DNA from: Marinifilaceae bacterium | Lineage (GTDB): Bacteria; Bacteroidota; Bacteroidia; Bacteroidales; Marinifilaceae | Length of the DNA: 64,000 bases | Reading direction: 5' to 3' | Assembly (NCBI GenBank): GCA_017936285.1 | Contig: JAGBFU010000082.1 | Location: forward strand, 66,650 to 130,649 | The notes under the pieces: generated by a model | Databases searched by the model: none | What the model was told of the DNA's origin: nothing | The model's input: the letters and a program-made list of their open reading frames with translations, nothing else | Made by a program: the position numbers and the translations under genes | In this document: piece by piece, positions 19,316 through 29,237 of the stretch | How positions within the stretch are numbered: the stretch's first letter is position 1 | How the letters are laid out: each line of letters starts with the position of its first letter

Positions 19316-22135
19316 TCAAAATACCAGCTTTTCAACTTTGTAAATTGGTTCTCCCTTTTCAGTTACACCCTCAATAACAAGAAGATAGTTGTAATTTTCT
19401 CCACGAGCAGCAGTCGGGAATGTAAATAGATAACGATCATCGCTCTTTAAATTTATATTGGGTAACCAATAACGAGTTATCTTCTCATCAATCTTATCTT
19501 TTTGAAGTTCTGTAAGATTCTCATATGAAGGTTTATAGAACAATGAGGGCTTTTGGGGGGCAAAAGGTATGATAATCTGTTTGTCCCACGAATACTCCTT
19601 ATATGGAGTTACTGTATTATCAACAAGATATTGAAATTTGGCATCTCCAACTCTTGCCATATTGTACAAAGAGACCTTAGAACCTAATATTTGAAATGCA
19701 TCTTCATTTCGGATATCATAAGAGTGTATAGGGGAATTCTCATTTAGAACGACTCTCTCTCTCTTCCATTTATCAACAATTACCCTTACCCCCTCCGGAG
19801 TTTCTAAAGTCATTTGACGAAGTAGAGGATTTAACCCCATTGCATGATCTAAAGATATAAAGAAATTAAATGCTTTTGGAGACGTGGAATATGAATATTG
19901 AGGCTCTAAATCTTCTGAGATAAAATGATACATTTTCCTCTCATCTTTAGTACCATAACTTTCTATGGTATTTATTCCACGCATAAAACTCTCACGACTT
20001 CTATCTTCAGACAATTTTATAGCCATCTGTTCCGGTGTCAATCGAAGAAAACTTTTTACACTAACACTTCCCAATGTACTTATTCGTTCTCCGTTATCGG
20101 CAAATACATAATTCTTTGCATATTTGTTATAGAACTTTTTATCATCATTCATAAGGGAGTATGAGTAGCTATTTAATGAGTATTTCTTGAATTCAGTTGC
20201 ATCTAACAAAACTTCCAGATTCCATGGCATTTTATCTTTAGCATAGGCTTGAACCACAAAAACGGTTCCCTTATCATACCATAAATTATCCAGAACAAAG
20301 CTTCCATCCTCATCTGTTTCAATCTTTGCGCTAGCACCATTGTATCCGGTTAAGACAACTGTAGCCGCTGTAGTTTTTTTGCTTAATAAGCGTTTCACTC
20401 TACCGCTGATAAACGGCCCTCGCTCCATATAGTATTCATTTGAGATGCTAACATTGTTTTTCAAAAGATTGGAAACATCAAAACGGCTCCATCCTTGCGT
20501 AAGCATCAAAGCCTCCATACCCTTTTGACGCTGATTGTTGGATGTGTTGTAATAAAAGCCTGGAGACTCTATATAACCTTTTAAATCACTTGTTAAATAT
20601 TGGTACGCCTCAATACCTCCGTTACTCTCATCTACTACTCCTTTTCCCGTATTAATAACGCTGACAGAAATATTTGCAGTCTCGTTATTGTCATTCATAT
20701 ATTTTAATGCAATAGGGAAAGCCTTGCGGCTGTTGTCATTTGACAAGGATCCATTATATCCTATATCAACATCTGCATAGCGATCAGAGTAGTGATAACA
20801 TAGGCGCTCACTATAGGTATTACCCAATGTATCACACAATATTACATGTATTATTCCCTCTGGAACAGGTTCAACATCTAATGATATGTTTGAGTATTTA
20901 TTTGCCGGTAAGGCATAGAAAAGCAACCCTCGGGAATGCATCAGAACAAAGCAATTCTCAACCAGATGGTTATACTTTTCATCAGATAGGATATTGTAGG
21001 ATATTTTATCCTTGGAACAATCTACACTCAATGCAATGCCCTCCTCTGCAACAGGAAGCTGAAATGTCTTTTCATTTCCTTTTGCATTTTTAAGTTTGGC
21101 TATATACGTTATTGAACTATCGGCTAATAACTCAATTACTCCCATGCCAAGTTCATTGCTTGATATCGAGGTTAGGCGTTTGCCATTATTGTCATAAATT
21201 GCACCATTTACAGGTACTGCTCGTCCATCCCTGCCAACCGACTTAAAACCTATTCGCTGACTAAATCCATTGATAAAGGCTCCTCCCTCCGGGAAAAATT
21301 GTACATCAAAATCCTCAATTGTGCCAGGAATATCCTCATATCCTTCAAAATCCCAATTTGATTCTATTGAAAATTTCAACCATATCTTATCAGCATATGG
21401 ATCATCAACCACTATACGACAACGGCCATTGTAACCGGTGTTGGCCAAAATAGGAATATTATCTCCATTAGGTGTCGGTATATAATAATGAAATTTCACA
21501 TTATCATACCGCTCATTCAAATGATTTACAAAGGAAACTGATAATACTCGCTTGCCATCTTCTCCGGCACGTTCAACGGTGATATTGCTCTTTATCTTGT
21601 GGTCAAAAGGATTTATAAGGCGTATTCGTTTTTTATAAATAAAGGCTTCATCGTCATTCTGTTGCCAATATGTATATGCCCGTAAAAAATACTCCCCCTG
21701 CCGTAAACTCTCATGAATAGGGATATAACCTGTAAAATAGGTTACAGAATCCGGTCGTCCGATTTTCTCTCTATGAAATACAGAATCACTTCTATCAACA
21801 ATATCAATATACATAAATCGACTATAATCAACCGGCAGATTGGTTACCGCCGAAGTAAGGTAAGCGGTAAACCATATGGTGTCGCCTAACAAGCAACTCT
21901 CCTTATCTGTGCGAAGATATAGTTTTTCACACATTGTTGATTTACAGTAGTCATCGAAAAGATCAGAAACTGCTTGTTCAAATGGAAGTGAATCTGAAAG
22001 TAATAGTGCCCGAGTCTCAACTATTGGTTCCCAGCGTTTTTTCTTCTTATCGCGTTTTTGAGCATCCACCGCAAAAGGATTCGTCAGCACTGATATAACA
22101 ATCCAATAAAGCACTATATTAATACATCGTTTCAT
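19316..22135 (-). CDS. large secreted protein of unknown function with an MG2/alpha-2-macroglobulin-like N-terminal block
   Basis: 939-aa ORF with a signal peptide. It carries KLYLRTDKESCLLGDTIWFTAYL and a later LMLTQGWSRF block, both typical of an uncharacterised Bacteroidota family. I recognised no catalytic motif. Confidence 0.5.
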   Translation of the reverse strand: MKRCINIVLYWIVISVLTNPFAVDAQKRDKKKKRWEPIVETRALLLSDSLPFEQAVSDLFDDYCKSTMCEKLYLRTDKESCLLGDTIWFTAYLTSAVTNLPVDYSRFMYIDIVDRSDSVFHREKIGRPDSVTYFTGYIPIHESLRQGEYFLRAYTYWQQNDDEAFIYKKRIRLINPFDHKIKSNITVERAGEDGKRVLSVSFVNHLNERYDNVKFHYYIPTPNGDNIPILANTGYNGRCRIVVDDPYADKIWLKFSIESNWDFEGYEDIPGTIEDFDVQFFPEGGAFINGFSQRIGFKSVGRDGRAVPVNGAIYDNNGKRLTSISSNELGMGVIELLADSSITYIAKLKNAKGNEKTFQLPVAEEGIALSVDCSKDKISYNILSDEKYNHLVENCFVLMHSRGLLFYALPANKYSNISLDVEPVPEGIIHVILCDTLGNTYSERLCYHYSDRYADVDIGYNGSLSNDNSRKAFPIALKYMNDNNETANISVSVINTGKGVVDESNGGIEAYQYLTSDLKGYIESPGFYYNTSNNQRQKGMEALMLTQGWSRFDVSNLLKNNVSISNEYYMERGPFISGRVKRLLSKKTTAATVVLTGYNGASAKIETDEDGSFVLDNLWYDKGTVFVVQAYAKDKMPWNLEVLLDATEFKKYSLNSYSYSLMNDDKKFYNKYAKNYVFADNGERISTLGSVSVKSFLRLTPEQMAIKLSEDRSRESFMRGINTIESYGTKDERKMYHFISEDLEPQYSYSTSPKAFNFFISLDHAMGLNPLLRQMTLETPEGVRVIVDKWKRERVVLNENSPIHSYDIRNEDAFQILGSKVSLYNMARVGDAKFQYLVDNTVTPYKEYSWDKQIIIPFAPQKPSLFYKPSYENLTELQKDKIDEKITRYWLPNINLKSDDRYLFTFPTAARGENYNYLLVIEGVTEKGEPIYKVEKLVF

Positions 22136-22275
22136 AATAGTAGTTTAATGATTAATCTGCATGACCCTTGTAATCAAATCACCATTCGCAAGTATATCTT
22201 TTTTTATTTAAATATGCAATATTATACCTAAAAAAGTTTTTATTATTAAACTTTTACAACATTCATAAAAAACAA

Positions 22276-22307
22276 GGGGATGTCTAACAAGTTTGTTAGG
22301 TACCCCC
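22276..22307 (-). terminator. intrinsic terminator of the PPIase transcription unit
   Basis: On the minus strand, GGGGGTACCTAACAA / TTGTTAGACATCCCC is followed by TTGTTTTTTAT. Confidence 0.7.
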
Positions 22308-22315
22308 TGATTTGA

Positions 22316-22434
22316 GAAGTTGTATAACAAGTGCTGATTTTAGGCCTGCGAAGCCCGAGAAAGCGCAGTTTACTCAAGGTAAATGAGCATTTCGAGGGCG
22401 AGTAAAACGACAAAGCTCCTTGTTATACAGCTTC
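22316..22434. repeat. 119-bp element bounded by 16-bp terminal inverted repeats (MITE-like or structured RNA)
   Basis: GAAGTTGTATAACAAG (22316..22331) matches the reverse complement of CTTGTTATACAGCTTC (22419..22434) at 15 of 16 positions. The GC-richer interior has small stems (CTGCG..CGCAG). The element lies between the PPIase stop and its terminator. Confidence 0.5.
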
Positions 22435-22459
22435 ACTATATATCGGTCAGAATAGTAAT

Positions 22460-23137
22460 TTACTTCTCGCGAACCATACGGATAATTGCCACATTGTTAA
22501 TTGGACGATCAAGAGAGTCTGTCTCGACTGCAGCAATGGCATCCACCACCTCTTGTCCCTCTATCACCTCGCCAAATACGGTATATTCACCATCAAGGTG
22601 TGGAGAACCTCCGATTGTTGTATATATTTCACGTTGCTCATCGGTCAGAGTCAATGGACAATCCGAACGCCATGTAGAGTTAATTTTATCCACTAATGAA
22701 TCCAACTCACCCGGACGGAATACCTTTCCCTCGAAAAGACAGAATTGAGAACCGCTTGACTCCCTGTTCGGATTTACATCATTACCCTGACGAGCCGCAT
22801 TTACCGCACCCTTTTTATGATATTTGCCAGGAATTATCTCGGCAGGAAGTGTATAACCTACATCATTGCTTCCCAACGGCTCACCCGGAGCAGCTGTTTT
22901 TGAATCTGGATCTCCAAACTGATCCATAAAATTATCTATAACTCTATGAAATAACACACCTTCATAGAAGTTAGAATCTACCAGCTTAAGGAAATTATCC
23001 CTGTGAATCGGTGTCTCGTTGTAAAGTTTAATCTTTACATTACCCATTGTTGTTTCAATTCTTACTACCGGCTCGGCAGGTGTACAAGCTGCAATCATCG
23101 TTGCAAAAAGCACACATACAATCAGTACTCTTTTCAT
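22460..23137 (-). CDS. cyclophilin-type peptidyl-prolyl cis-trans isomerase (lipoprotein)
   Basis: Lipobox IAAC is present, with cyclophilin blocks FHRVIDNFMDQFGDP and GSQFCLF. Confidence 0.92.
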   Translation of the reverse strand: MKRVLIVCVLFATMIAACTPAEPVVRIETTMGNVKIKLYNETPIHRDNFLKLVDSNFYEGVLFHRVIDNFMDQFGDPDSKTAAPGEPLGSNDVGYTLPAEIIPGKYHKKGAVNAARQGNDVNPNRESSGSQFCLFEGKVFRPGELDSLVDKINSTWRSDCPLTLTDEQREIYTTIGGSPHLDGEYTVFGEVIEGQEVVDAIAAVETDSLDRPINNVAIIRMVREK

Positions 23138-23160
23138 AATCTATCTGCTTTAATTTATTT

Positions 23161-23766
23161 TTACTCCATTGTTCTTTTCAGCACCCAACAATCCTTATAC
23201 TTAGGTCTCTTTACAGCCAGAGAGTCACGGGCTTCTGTTGCAAGAGCCATGGTTGCATGACTGCTATATACGATTCGTACTCGACTCTCTGTTTGTAATA
23301 ACATCGCCTCGGGAGCAGAACTCTTCAAACGCTCAACATACTTCTCAGCTTCAACAAGCTCAGAATTCGGAAAACTGGCAACTATGACATGATAGTTTCC
23401 TCGCTTCTCCTGTGGTTGTGTCTCTAACTGTTTTTCAGGCTGAAGCTGTTCCACAACCTCCTGTAGAATCTTCTCCTCTACTTTGCTCTCCTGAGTACCT
23501 GCTACCAAGGATTGCTCTGACAGCAACAGGGAATCCTCGCCAGTCAAATCCTTGATATATAAATCGTCCTCGGAAACATTCTCTACAACACTATCCTGCT
23601 GACTTAACTCTATTCCTAAACGAGAGAGAATTGTATCAGCACTTTGCACTGTTTTACGTGGCACAATTATTCTGGTCAAATCCTTTTGCGACAATGATGA
23701 CCCGACACATCCGGTAGCCACAATCATCAGAATTGCAGCCCAGAAAGAGTTTTGCCATTTAATCAT
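23161..23766 (-). CDS. SPOR domain-containing lipoprotein
   Basis: I chose the start at the ATG that overlaps the upstream stop (ATGA), giving MIKWQNSFWAAILMIVATGC. The C-terminus is SPOR-like (NYHVIVASFPNSELVEAEKYVERLK). Confidence 0.6.
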   Translation of the reverse strand: MIKWQNSFWAAILMIVATGCVGSSLSQKDLTRIIVPRKTVQSADTILSRLGIELSQQDSVVENVSEDDLYIKDLTGEDSLLLSEQSLVAGTQESKVEEKILQEVVEQLQPEKQLETQPQEKRGNYHVIVASFPNSELVEAEKYVERLKSSAPEAMLLQTESRVRIVYSSHATMALATEARDSLAVKRPKYKDCWVLKRTME

Positions 23767-24359
23767 AGTAGTAATAGTATAATAGTTAATAAAACTCCCT
23801 GCACATATCCTGCAGTTACCTGCCATCCGTTATGAGCACCTATCAACAGCCTTGATGAAATCACAATGCCTGAAATAACCACAGAACAGATGAAAGCATC
23901 CCTGAAAAGCGGCCCCAACACATAGAATATACCACACATCGCACCCCATGCCACTGCGTGCATACTAATCTTCCAATAGAGCGATACAACCGATACAAGC
24001 AACACCTGAATAGCTACAGTAAATAGTAACCGTATGAAAATCTCTGTCATAGGAAAGAGCATTAACAACAGGTATCCCAGACTCATAAACACTCCTACTG
24101 AGAGCAATGGCCACACTCTGTCTTCCCGATTATCAAGCGACACCCCTTTTATCACTCCACGTCTTTTAAGGATGAATATAACCACTGACGGCAAGAGAAT
24201 TGCTGTAGTTAAAACCGTTCCCCATATTGCTACCTTTGATATCAGCGGCACAATTCTTCCATAAGGACTTATAACCAATATATCCAGAAGAAGGTATATT
24301 GGTAACATAAACGGGTGAAATACCCTGCCTGCCCAGGTTGCTACACTATTTAAAATCAT
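23763..24359 (-). CDS. PAP2-superfamily-like integral membrane protein (degenerate motifs)
   Basis: It has 5-6 TM segments. SMHAVAWG and SSRLLIGAHNGWQ resemble PAP2 motifs C2/C3, but the final Asp is not present. It has ATGA overlaps with both neighbours. Confidence 0.4.
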   Translation of the reverse strand: MILNSVATWAGRVFHPFMLPIYLLLDILVISPYGRIVPLISKVAIWGTVLTTAILLPSVVIFILKRRGVIKGVSLDNREDRVWPLLSVGVFMSLGYLLLMLFPMTEIFIRLLFTVAIQVLLVSVVSLYWKISMHAVAWGAMCGIFYVLGPLFRDAFICSVVISGIVISSRLLIGAHNGWQVTAGYVQGVLLTIILLLL

Positions 24360-25804
24360 ATCTCTCTTCTTAATCTTGCAACAGGAATCTCCATGGCATC
24401 CCTGTATTTTGCAATGGTGCGACGAGCCAATTTATAGCCTTTCGCTTGCATTAGTCCCAACAATGCTTCATCGCTATATGGCGCACTCTTATCCTCACCG
24501 TCAATTATCTCGCGCAGAACCTTTTTAACTCCCTCAACACTCACCTCTTCTCCACTCGCTATTTCAATACCACCTGAGAAGAATGCACTCAATGGAAATA
24601 TTCCAAACCAGGTATCGACATGTTTTGCATTTGCTACTCGCGATATTGTAGATATATCAAGGCCCGTAATATCGGCAATATCCTTCAAAATCATCGGCTT
24701 CAAACAACTCTCATCTCCATTCGAGAGAAAAAACTCCTTTTGAAGAGCCAATATCGCCTGCATTACCCCCATTAAGGTTGCATTACGCTGTTTGAGCACA
24801 TCGATAAAACTTTTAGCATCGCCGAGATTTTTCCTTACGAATGCCAAAGCCTCGCGGTTACGAGCAGTATCACCACTACGCATATACTCCTCAAGCATAT
24901 CGGTATAGTGCTTGCTTAAACGCAAATCAGGCATCTCCCCACTATTAAGCGACAAAACGAGATGGCCATCCATATTCTCGACAATAAAATCGGGGGTAAT
25001 CTTTTGAGCCTCATCGCCACTCTCTGATGCTCCACCCGGCTTGGGGTTTAACTTCTGAACCTCATCTATCGCTTCACGTAGCTCTTCCTCGGAACACTGC
25101 AATTTACGGATAATCTTAGGGAAGTTCCTTTTCGAAAACTCTTCAAAACACTCAGAAATCAGCAACTCGGCCAATACAAGTGATGCAGTTGCCCTGCCCT
25201 TACGTTGCAATTGAATCAACAGACACTCCCGTAAATCAGAAGCAGCTATACCTGCCGGTTCAAACGCCTGAATCTCCTTGACAATCCTTTCAATTGTTGC
25301 AACATCTGCATCTATACTGAAACGAAATGCCAAATCATCGGAGAGCTGCATAAAATCACGACGCAAATATCCGTCACTATCTAGATTACCGATAATAAAC
25401 TCCGCAATCTTGCGCTCCCTATCGGTAAGCGATGTTACACTCAATTGCTCAATAAGAGTCTCTCGGAATGAGGTCTCCTGCTGAAATACAGGCTCGCGAC
25501 TATCTCCGGAATCGTAATTACCACTACGAACATATATCGGGTAGTCGGTATCGTCGTCGGTCGGAGTATTATCTATATCCAAAGAGCGGTCCTCATCAAG
25601 CGCAGATTGTTCCTGCTCCTGATAATCAACCGCTCCTGTATCATCATCACTATTTATCTCGAGAGCCGGATTAGCCTCTAACTCCTCCTTGATTCTCTGT
25701 TCAAGCTGTATGTTGGGCAACTCTATCAACTTGGCCAATTGCATTTGAGCGGGACTTATCTTAAGTCCCAACTTCTGCAAAAGTTGTTGATCCATGCTTG
25801 GCAT
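24356..25804 (-). CDS. rpoN: RNA polymerase sigma-54 factor
   Basis: An N-terminal Gln/Leu-rich region, an acidic linker and the C-terminal RpoN box (ARRTIAKYR) are present. Confidence 0.95.
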   Translation of the reverse strand: MPSMDQQLLQKLGLKISPAQMQLAKLIELPNIQLEQRIKEELEANPALEINSDDDTGAVDYQEQEQSALDEDRSLDIDNTPTDDDTDYPIYVRSGNYDSGDSREPVFQQETSFRETLIEQLSVTSLTDRERKIAEFIIGNLDSDGYLRRDFMQLSDDLAFRFSIDADVATIERIVKEIQAFEPAGIAASDLRECLLIQLQRKGRATASLVLAELLISECFEEFSKRNFPKIIRKLQCSEEELREAIDEVQKLNPKPGGASESGDEAQKITPDFIVENMDGHLVLSLNSGEMPDLRLSKHYTDMLEEYMRSGDTARNREALAFVRKNLGDAKSFIDVLKQRNATLMGVMQAILALQKEFFLSNGDESCLKPMILKDIADITGLDISTISRVANAKHVDTWFGIFPLSAFFSGGIEIASGEEVSVEGVKKVLREIIDGEDKSAPYSDEALLGLMQAKGYKLARRTIAKYRDAMEIPVARLRREI

Positions 25805-25822
25805 ACTATACCCTCCTATATT

Positions 25823-27262
25823 TTAGAACTCAGCGTTCTTTGGGCATCTTGGGAATGGAATCACATCGCGAATATTTGTCATTCCTGTTACAAACAACAA
25901 CAAACGCTCAAAGCCAAGACCAAATCCACTATGGGTAGCAGAACCATATCTACGGGTATCCAGATAGTATTGCATTCCCTCCATAGGAATACCCATCTCA
26001 TTCATACGAGCTACCAGCTTATCGTAATTCTCCTCACGCTGAGATCCACCAACAATTTCTCCAATCTGAGGGAATAGGACATCCATTGCCGCAACGGTCT
26101 TCCCATCAGGATTCTGTTTCATATAGAATGCCTTTATCTCCTTTGGATAGTCAATTAGGATTACAGGCTTCTTGAAGTGCTTCTCAACAAGGTAACGCTC
26201 GTGCTCGCTCTGCAAATCAACACCCCACTCATTAACCGGATACTTGAATTTACCACTCTTGTTTGGTTTAGAGTTCTTCAAAATATCAATAGCCTCGGTA
26301 TAGGTCAAACGTACAAAGTCATTCTGCAATACGAAACGAATCTTCTCAACAAGCTCCATTGTACGCTCCTCTGCCTTCTTGTTCTTCTCCTCCTCCTGAA
26401 GACGCTTGCTCAAAAATTGCAAATCATCCATACAGTTATCCAAAGCATACTGCAACAGATATTTTAGGAAGTCCTCAACCAAATCCATATTGTCCTTCAA
26501 ATCGTAGAATGCCATCTCAGGCTCGATCATCCAGAACTCTGACAAGTGACGGCTTGTATTTGAATTCTCGGCGCGGAATGTAGGACCAAATGTATATATC
26601 TTACCCAAAGCCATTGCACCTAACTCTCCCTCAAGCTGTCCGCTAACGGTCAAGTTTGTAGCCTTGCCAAAGAAATCCTGCTTATAATCAACAGAGCCAT
26701 CCTCGTTCAATGGAGGATTCTTAGGATCGAATGTTGTAACACGGAACATCTCTCCGGCACCCTCACAATCGGAAGCGGTAATCAGTGGAGAGTTCCAATA
26801 TACAAATCCATGCTCATTGAAGTATTTGTGGATTGCAAATGCCATTGCATTTCTCATTCTGAAGATTGCGCCAAAAAGATTTGTACGCATACGCAAGTGA
26901 GCCACCTCACGCAAGAACTCCAGACTGTGCTTCTTTGGCTGAATTGGATAGGTCTCAGGATCAGCCTCACCCAAAACGGCCAACTCCTTTGCAATAACCT
27001 CGCATGCCTGACCGCTACCTGCACTTGGAACCAGCATTCCGGTTACAGATAACGCAGCACCTGTTGTTACCCTCTTCAATGACTCCTCACCAAAATTCTC
27101 AACATCAACAACAATCTGGATATTATTGATAGTTGAACCATCGTTCAACGCTATAAAGTTCACCTGCTTGTTTCCGCGCTTATTGCGCACCCAGCCCTGT
27201 ACTGTTACCATCTGCTCATTAGGCTCGGTAACCAATAACTCTTTAATACTTTGTGTAATCAT
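25823..27262 (-). CDS. asnS: asparagine--tRNA ligase
   Basis: 479-aa class II aaRS with an N-terminal OB fold ([25 protein letters not shown]) and AsnRS-type motifs 2 and 3 ([26 protein letters not shown]). Confidence 0.93.
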   Translation of the reverse strand: MITQSIKELLVTEPNEQMVTVQGWVRNKRGNKQVNFIALNDGSTINNIQIVVDVENFGEESLKRVTTGAALSVTGMLVPSAGSGQACEVIAKELAVLGEADPETYPIQPKKHSLEFLREVAHLRMRTNLFGAIFRMRNAMAFAIHKYFNEHGFVYWNSPLITASDCEGAGEMFRVTTFDPKNPPLNEDGSVDYKQDFFGKATNLTVSGQLEGELGAMALGKIYTFGPTFRAENSNTSRHLSEFWMIEPEMAFYDLKDNMDLVEDFLKYLLQYALDNCMDDLQFLSKRLQEEEKNKKAEERTMELVEKIRFVLQNDFVRLTYTEAIDILKNSKPNKSGKFKYPVNEWGVDLQSEHERYLVEKHFKKPVILIDYPKEIKAFYMKQNPDGKTVAAMDVLFPQIGEIVGGSQREENYDKLVARMNEMGIPMEGMQYYLDTRRYGSATHSGFGLGFERLLLFVTGMTNIRDVIPFPRCPKNAEF

Positions 27263-27339
27263 ACCTTATATAAAATATCTTCCAAGGTGCGAAATTAATG
27301 TTTTTACTTCGCAACAACAAATAATTTTCTCAAAAGTGG

Positions 27340-27347
27340 TACATTTG
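27340..27347 (+). promoter_or_regulatory. -7 promoter box (TACATTTG) for hemW; near-leaderless mRNA
   Basis: It matches TAnnTTTG and ends 8 nt before the ATG at 27356. Confidence 0.4.
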
Positions 27348-27355
27348 CCACAAAT

Positions 27356-28495
27356 ATGAGCATCTATGTCCACATACCATTCTGCCACTCGAAGTGCGCT
27401 TACTGCGGATTCTATTCTGTAGCAGGAACATCTATGCGCCAGGAGTGGCTGAAAGCACTTTGTTGTGAGATTGTTACACGCAAGACAGAGATGGGCGAGG
27501 AGTCAATTCACCAAACCATATACTTTGGAGGAGGCACTCCATCAATGCTCTCCCCGCAAGAGTGGAATACAATCCTCAATACAATCGAAGAGAACTACAA
27601 CATTGCACCCGATGCCGAACGCACATTAGAGGCAAATCCCGAGGATATTACCCCTACAAATGCAACATTGTGGAGAACTCTTGGTTTCAATCGCCTGAGT
27701 ATAGGAGTACAATCGCTGAATGATAACGCTCTAAAAGCTTCAAAACGCCGCCACTCTGCCCACGAAGCACGTAGAGCAATAGAGACCGCCCTGAAAGCAG
27801 GGTTCACAAATATAGGTATTGATTTTATTATCGGACTACCTGAGTCCGAAGCGAGTGATATAAACCTTGCAGAACAACTGCTTAAAGAGTTGCCCATAAC
27901 TCATCTCTCGCTATACATTTTATCAATAGACGAAGGCTCAATTCTTTACAAAAAGACAGAGAATGGTACATTCACACCCCCCTCTGACGACGCAGAAGCA
28001 GATATGTACAAAGAGTATTGCCAAATGATTAAAGCGCAGGGATTCGAGCATTACGAAATATCCAATTTTGCCAAACCCGGCTATCGTTCCCGGCACAACT
28101 CTGCATATTGGGAACAAAAACCCTATCTCGGTTTTGGTCCTGCCGCCCACTCATATAATGGGAGCGATATGCGCAAATGGAATATTGCAAACATCAAAAA
28201 GTACTGCGAGGCATGGTTAAACTCAGAGGCCTCATCCACAACAGGATATGAAATGGAGATACTGGGCAAGCCTGACAGATACAACGAGTTAATAATGACC
28301 CGTTTAAGAACATCCGACGGCATTCCGATGTCGCTCCTGCACTCACAAAGCTTTATTGAATATTGGGAAACAAACAGAAGAGCTCTACAGAAATATTTAG
28401 ATATGGGTGTTGCAAGAATTGAAAACGACAAACTGCTGCTAACCGAGGAGGGGTGGCTGATTTCTGATGCCATATTCACCGACCTTTTCTGTTAA
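27356..28495 (+). CDS. hemW: radical SAM heme chaperone HemW (HemN-like, oxygen-independent coproporphyrinogen oxidase family)
   Basis: It has the CxxxCxxC motif (CHSKCAYCGF), GGGTPS and a HemN C-terminal domain. Confidence 0.85.
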   Translation: MSIYVHIPFCHSKCAYCGFYSVAGTSMRQEWLKALCCEIVTRKTEMGEESIHQTIYFGGGTPSMLSPQEWNTILNTIEENYNIAPDAERTLEANPEDITPTNATLWRTLGFNRLSIGVQSLNDNALKASKRRHSAHEARRAIETALKAGFTNIGIDFIIGLPESEASDINLAEQLLKELPITHLSLYILSIDEGSILYKKTENGTFTPPSDDAEADMYKEYCQMIKAQGFEHYEISNFAKPGYRSRHNSAYWEQKPYLGFGPAAHSYNGSDMRKWNIANIKKYCEAWLNSEASSTTGYEMEILGKPDRYNELIMTRLRTSDGIPMSLLHSQSFIEYWETNRRALQKYLDMGVARIENDKLLLTEEGWLISDAIFTDLFC

Positions 28496-28574
28496 AAACT
28501 CCTCTTTCTCGCTGAAATATTGCAGGATAGCAAAGATTTTTCCTGCTTTTATATGTTTGTATTTAATTTTTTTA

Positions 28575-28582
28575 TAACTTTG
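28575..28582 (+). promoter_or_regulatory. -7 promoter box (TAACTTTG) for the rplM-rpsI(-rpsB-tsf) unit
   Basis: It matches TAnnTTTG and implies a 5' leader of about 180 nt before rplM. Confidence 0.4.
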
Positions 28583-28767
28583 CGGTCCATTTTGGAGTGG
28601 TGTGGATTTTAAACTGTATGACTGACCCTTAGCCAGTTGTCATGCAGGCACACAAAGAGACGATAGATTTAGGTCTGCCCGGCCAAACGCGTTTACTATC
28701 AAATCGATGTTGCATGATGCCCCCTTCGAAATGACAAACAGAATGTTAAATTAAATAATTAAAAAAA

Positions 28768-29226
28768 GTGGATCAAATTAGTTTCAAAACGGTATCCGTT
28801 AACAAAGCAACTGCTCAGAAGGAGTGGATTGTAGTTGACGCAGAGAACCAAGTATTGGGACGTATGGCATCAAAAGTTGCTAAGCTTTTGAGAGGAAAGT
28901 ACAAGCCATCATTTACCCCAAATGTTGATTGCGGAGACAACGTAATCATTATCAATGCAGAGAAAATTATCTTCACCGGTGCAAAGATGACCGAGAAGGA
29001 GTACATCCGTTACACAGGCTATCCAGGTGGACAGCGCAAAACTACTCCTGAGGCTCTTATCAAGGCAGGACACGCTGAGAGAATCATTGAGCACGCTGTA
29101 AAGGGTATGCTTCCAAAGAATCGTCTTGGAAGAGCTATCATGAAGAACTTGTTCATCTACAACGGTAGTGAGCACAAACATGAGGCACAGCAACCAAAAG
29201 TTATTGATCTTAACGCTATTAAATAA
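28768..29226 (+). CDS. rplM: 50S ribosomal protein L13 (GTG start)
   Basis: The sequence is characteristic of L13 (KEWIVVDAENQVLGRMASKVAKLLRGKYKP). The start codon is GTG at 28768. Confidence 0.95.
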   Translation: MDQISFKTVSVNKATAQKEWIVVDAENQVLGRMASKVAKLLRGKYKPSFTPNVDCGDNVIIINAEKIIFTGAKMTEKEYIRYTGYPGGQRKTTPEALIKAGHAERIIEHAVKGMLPKNRLGRAIMKNLFIYNGSEHKHEAQQPKVIDLNAIK

Positions 29227-29237
29227 GGAGGATTGCT

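Noticed and set aside
22383-22748. 121-aa + strand ORF starting in the intergenic repeat.
   Set aside because: It begins inside the TIR-bounded element and runs antisense through the cyclophilin gene. It has no motifs and is considered spurious.
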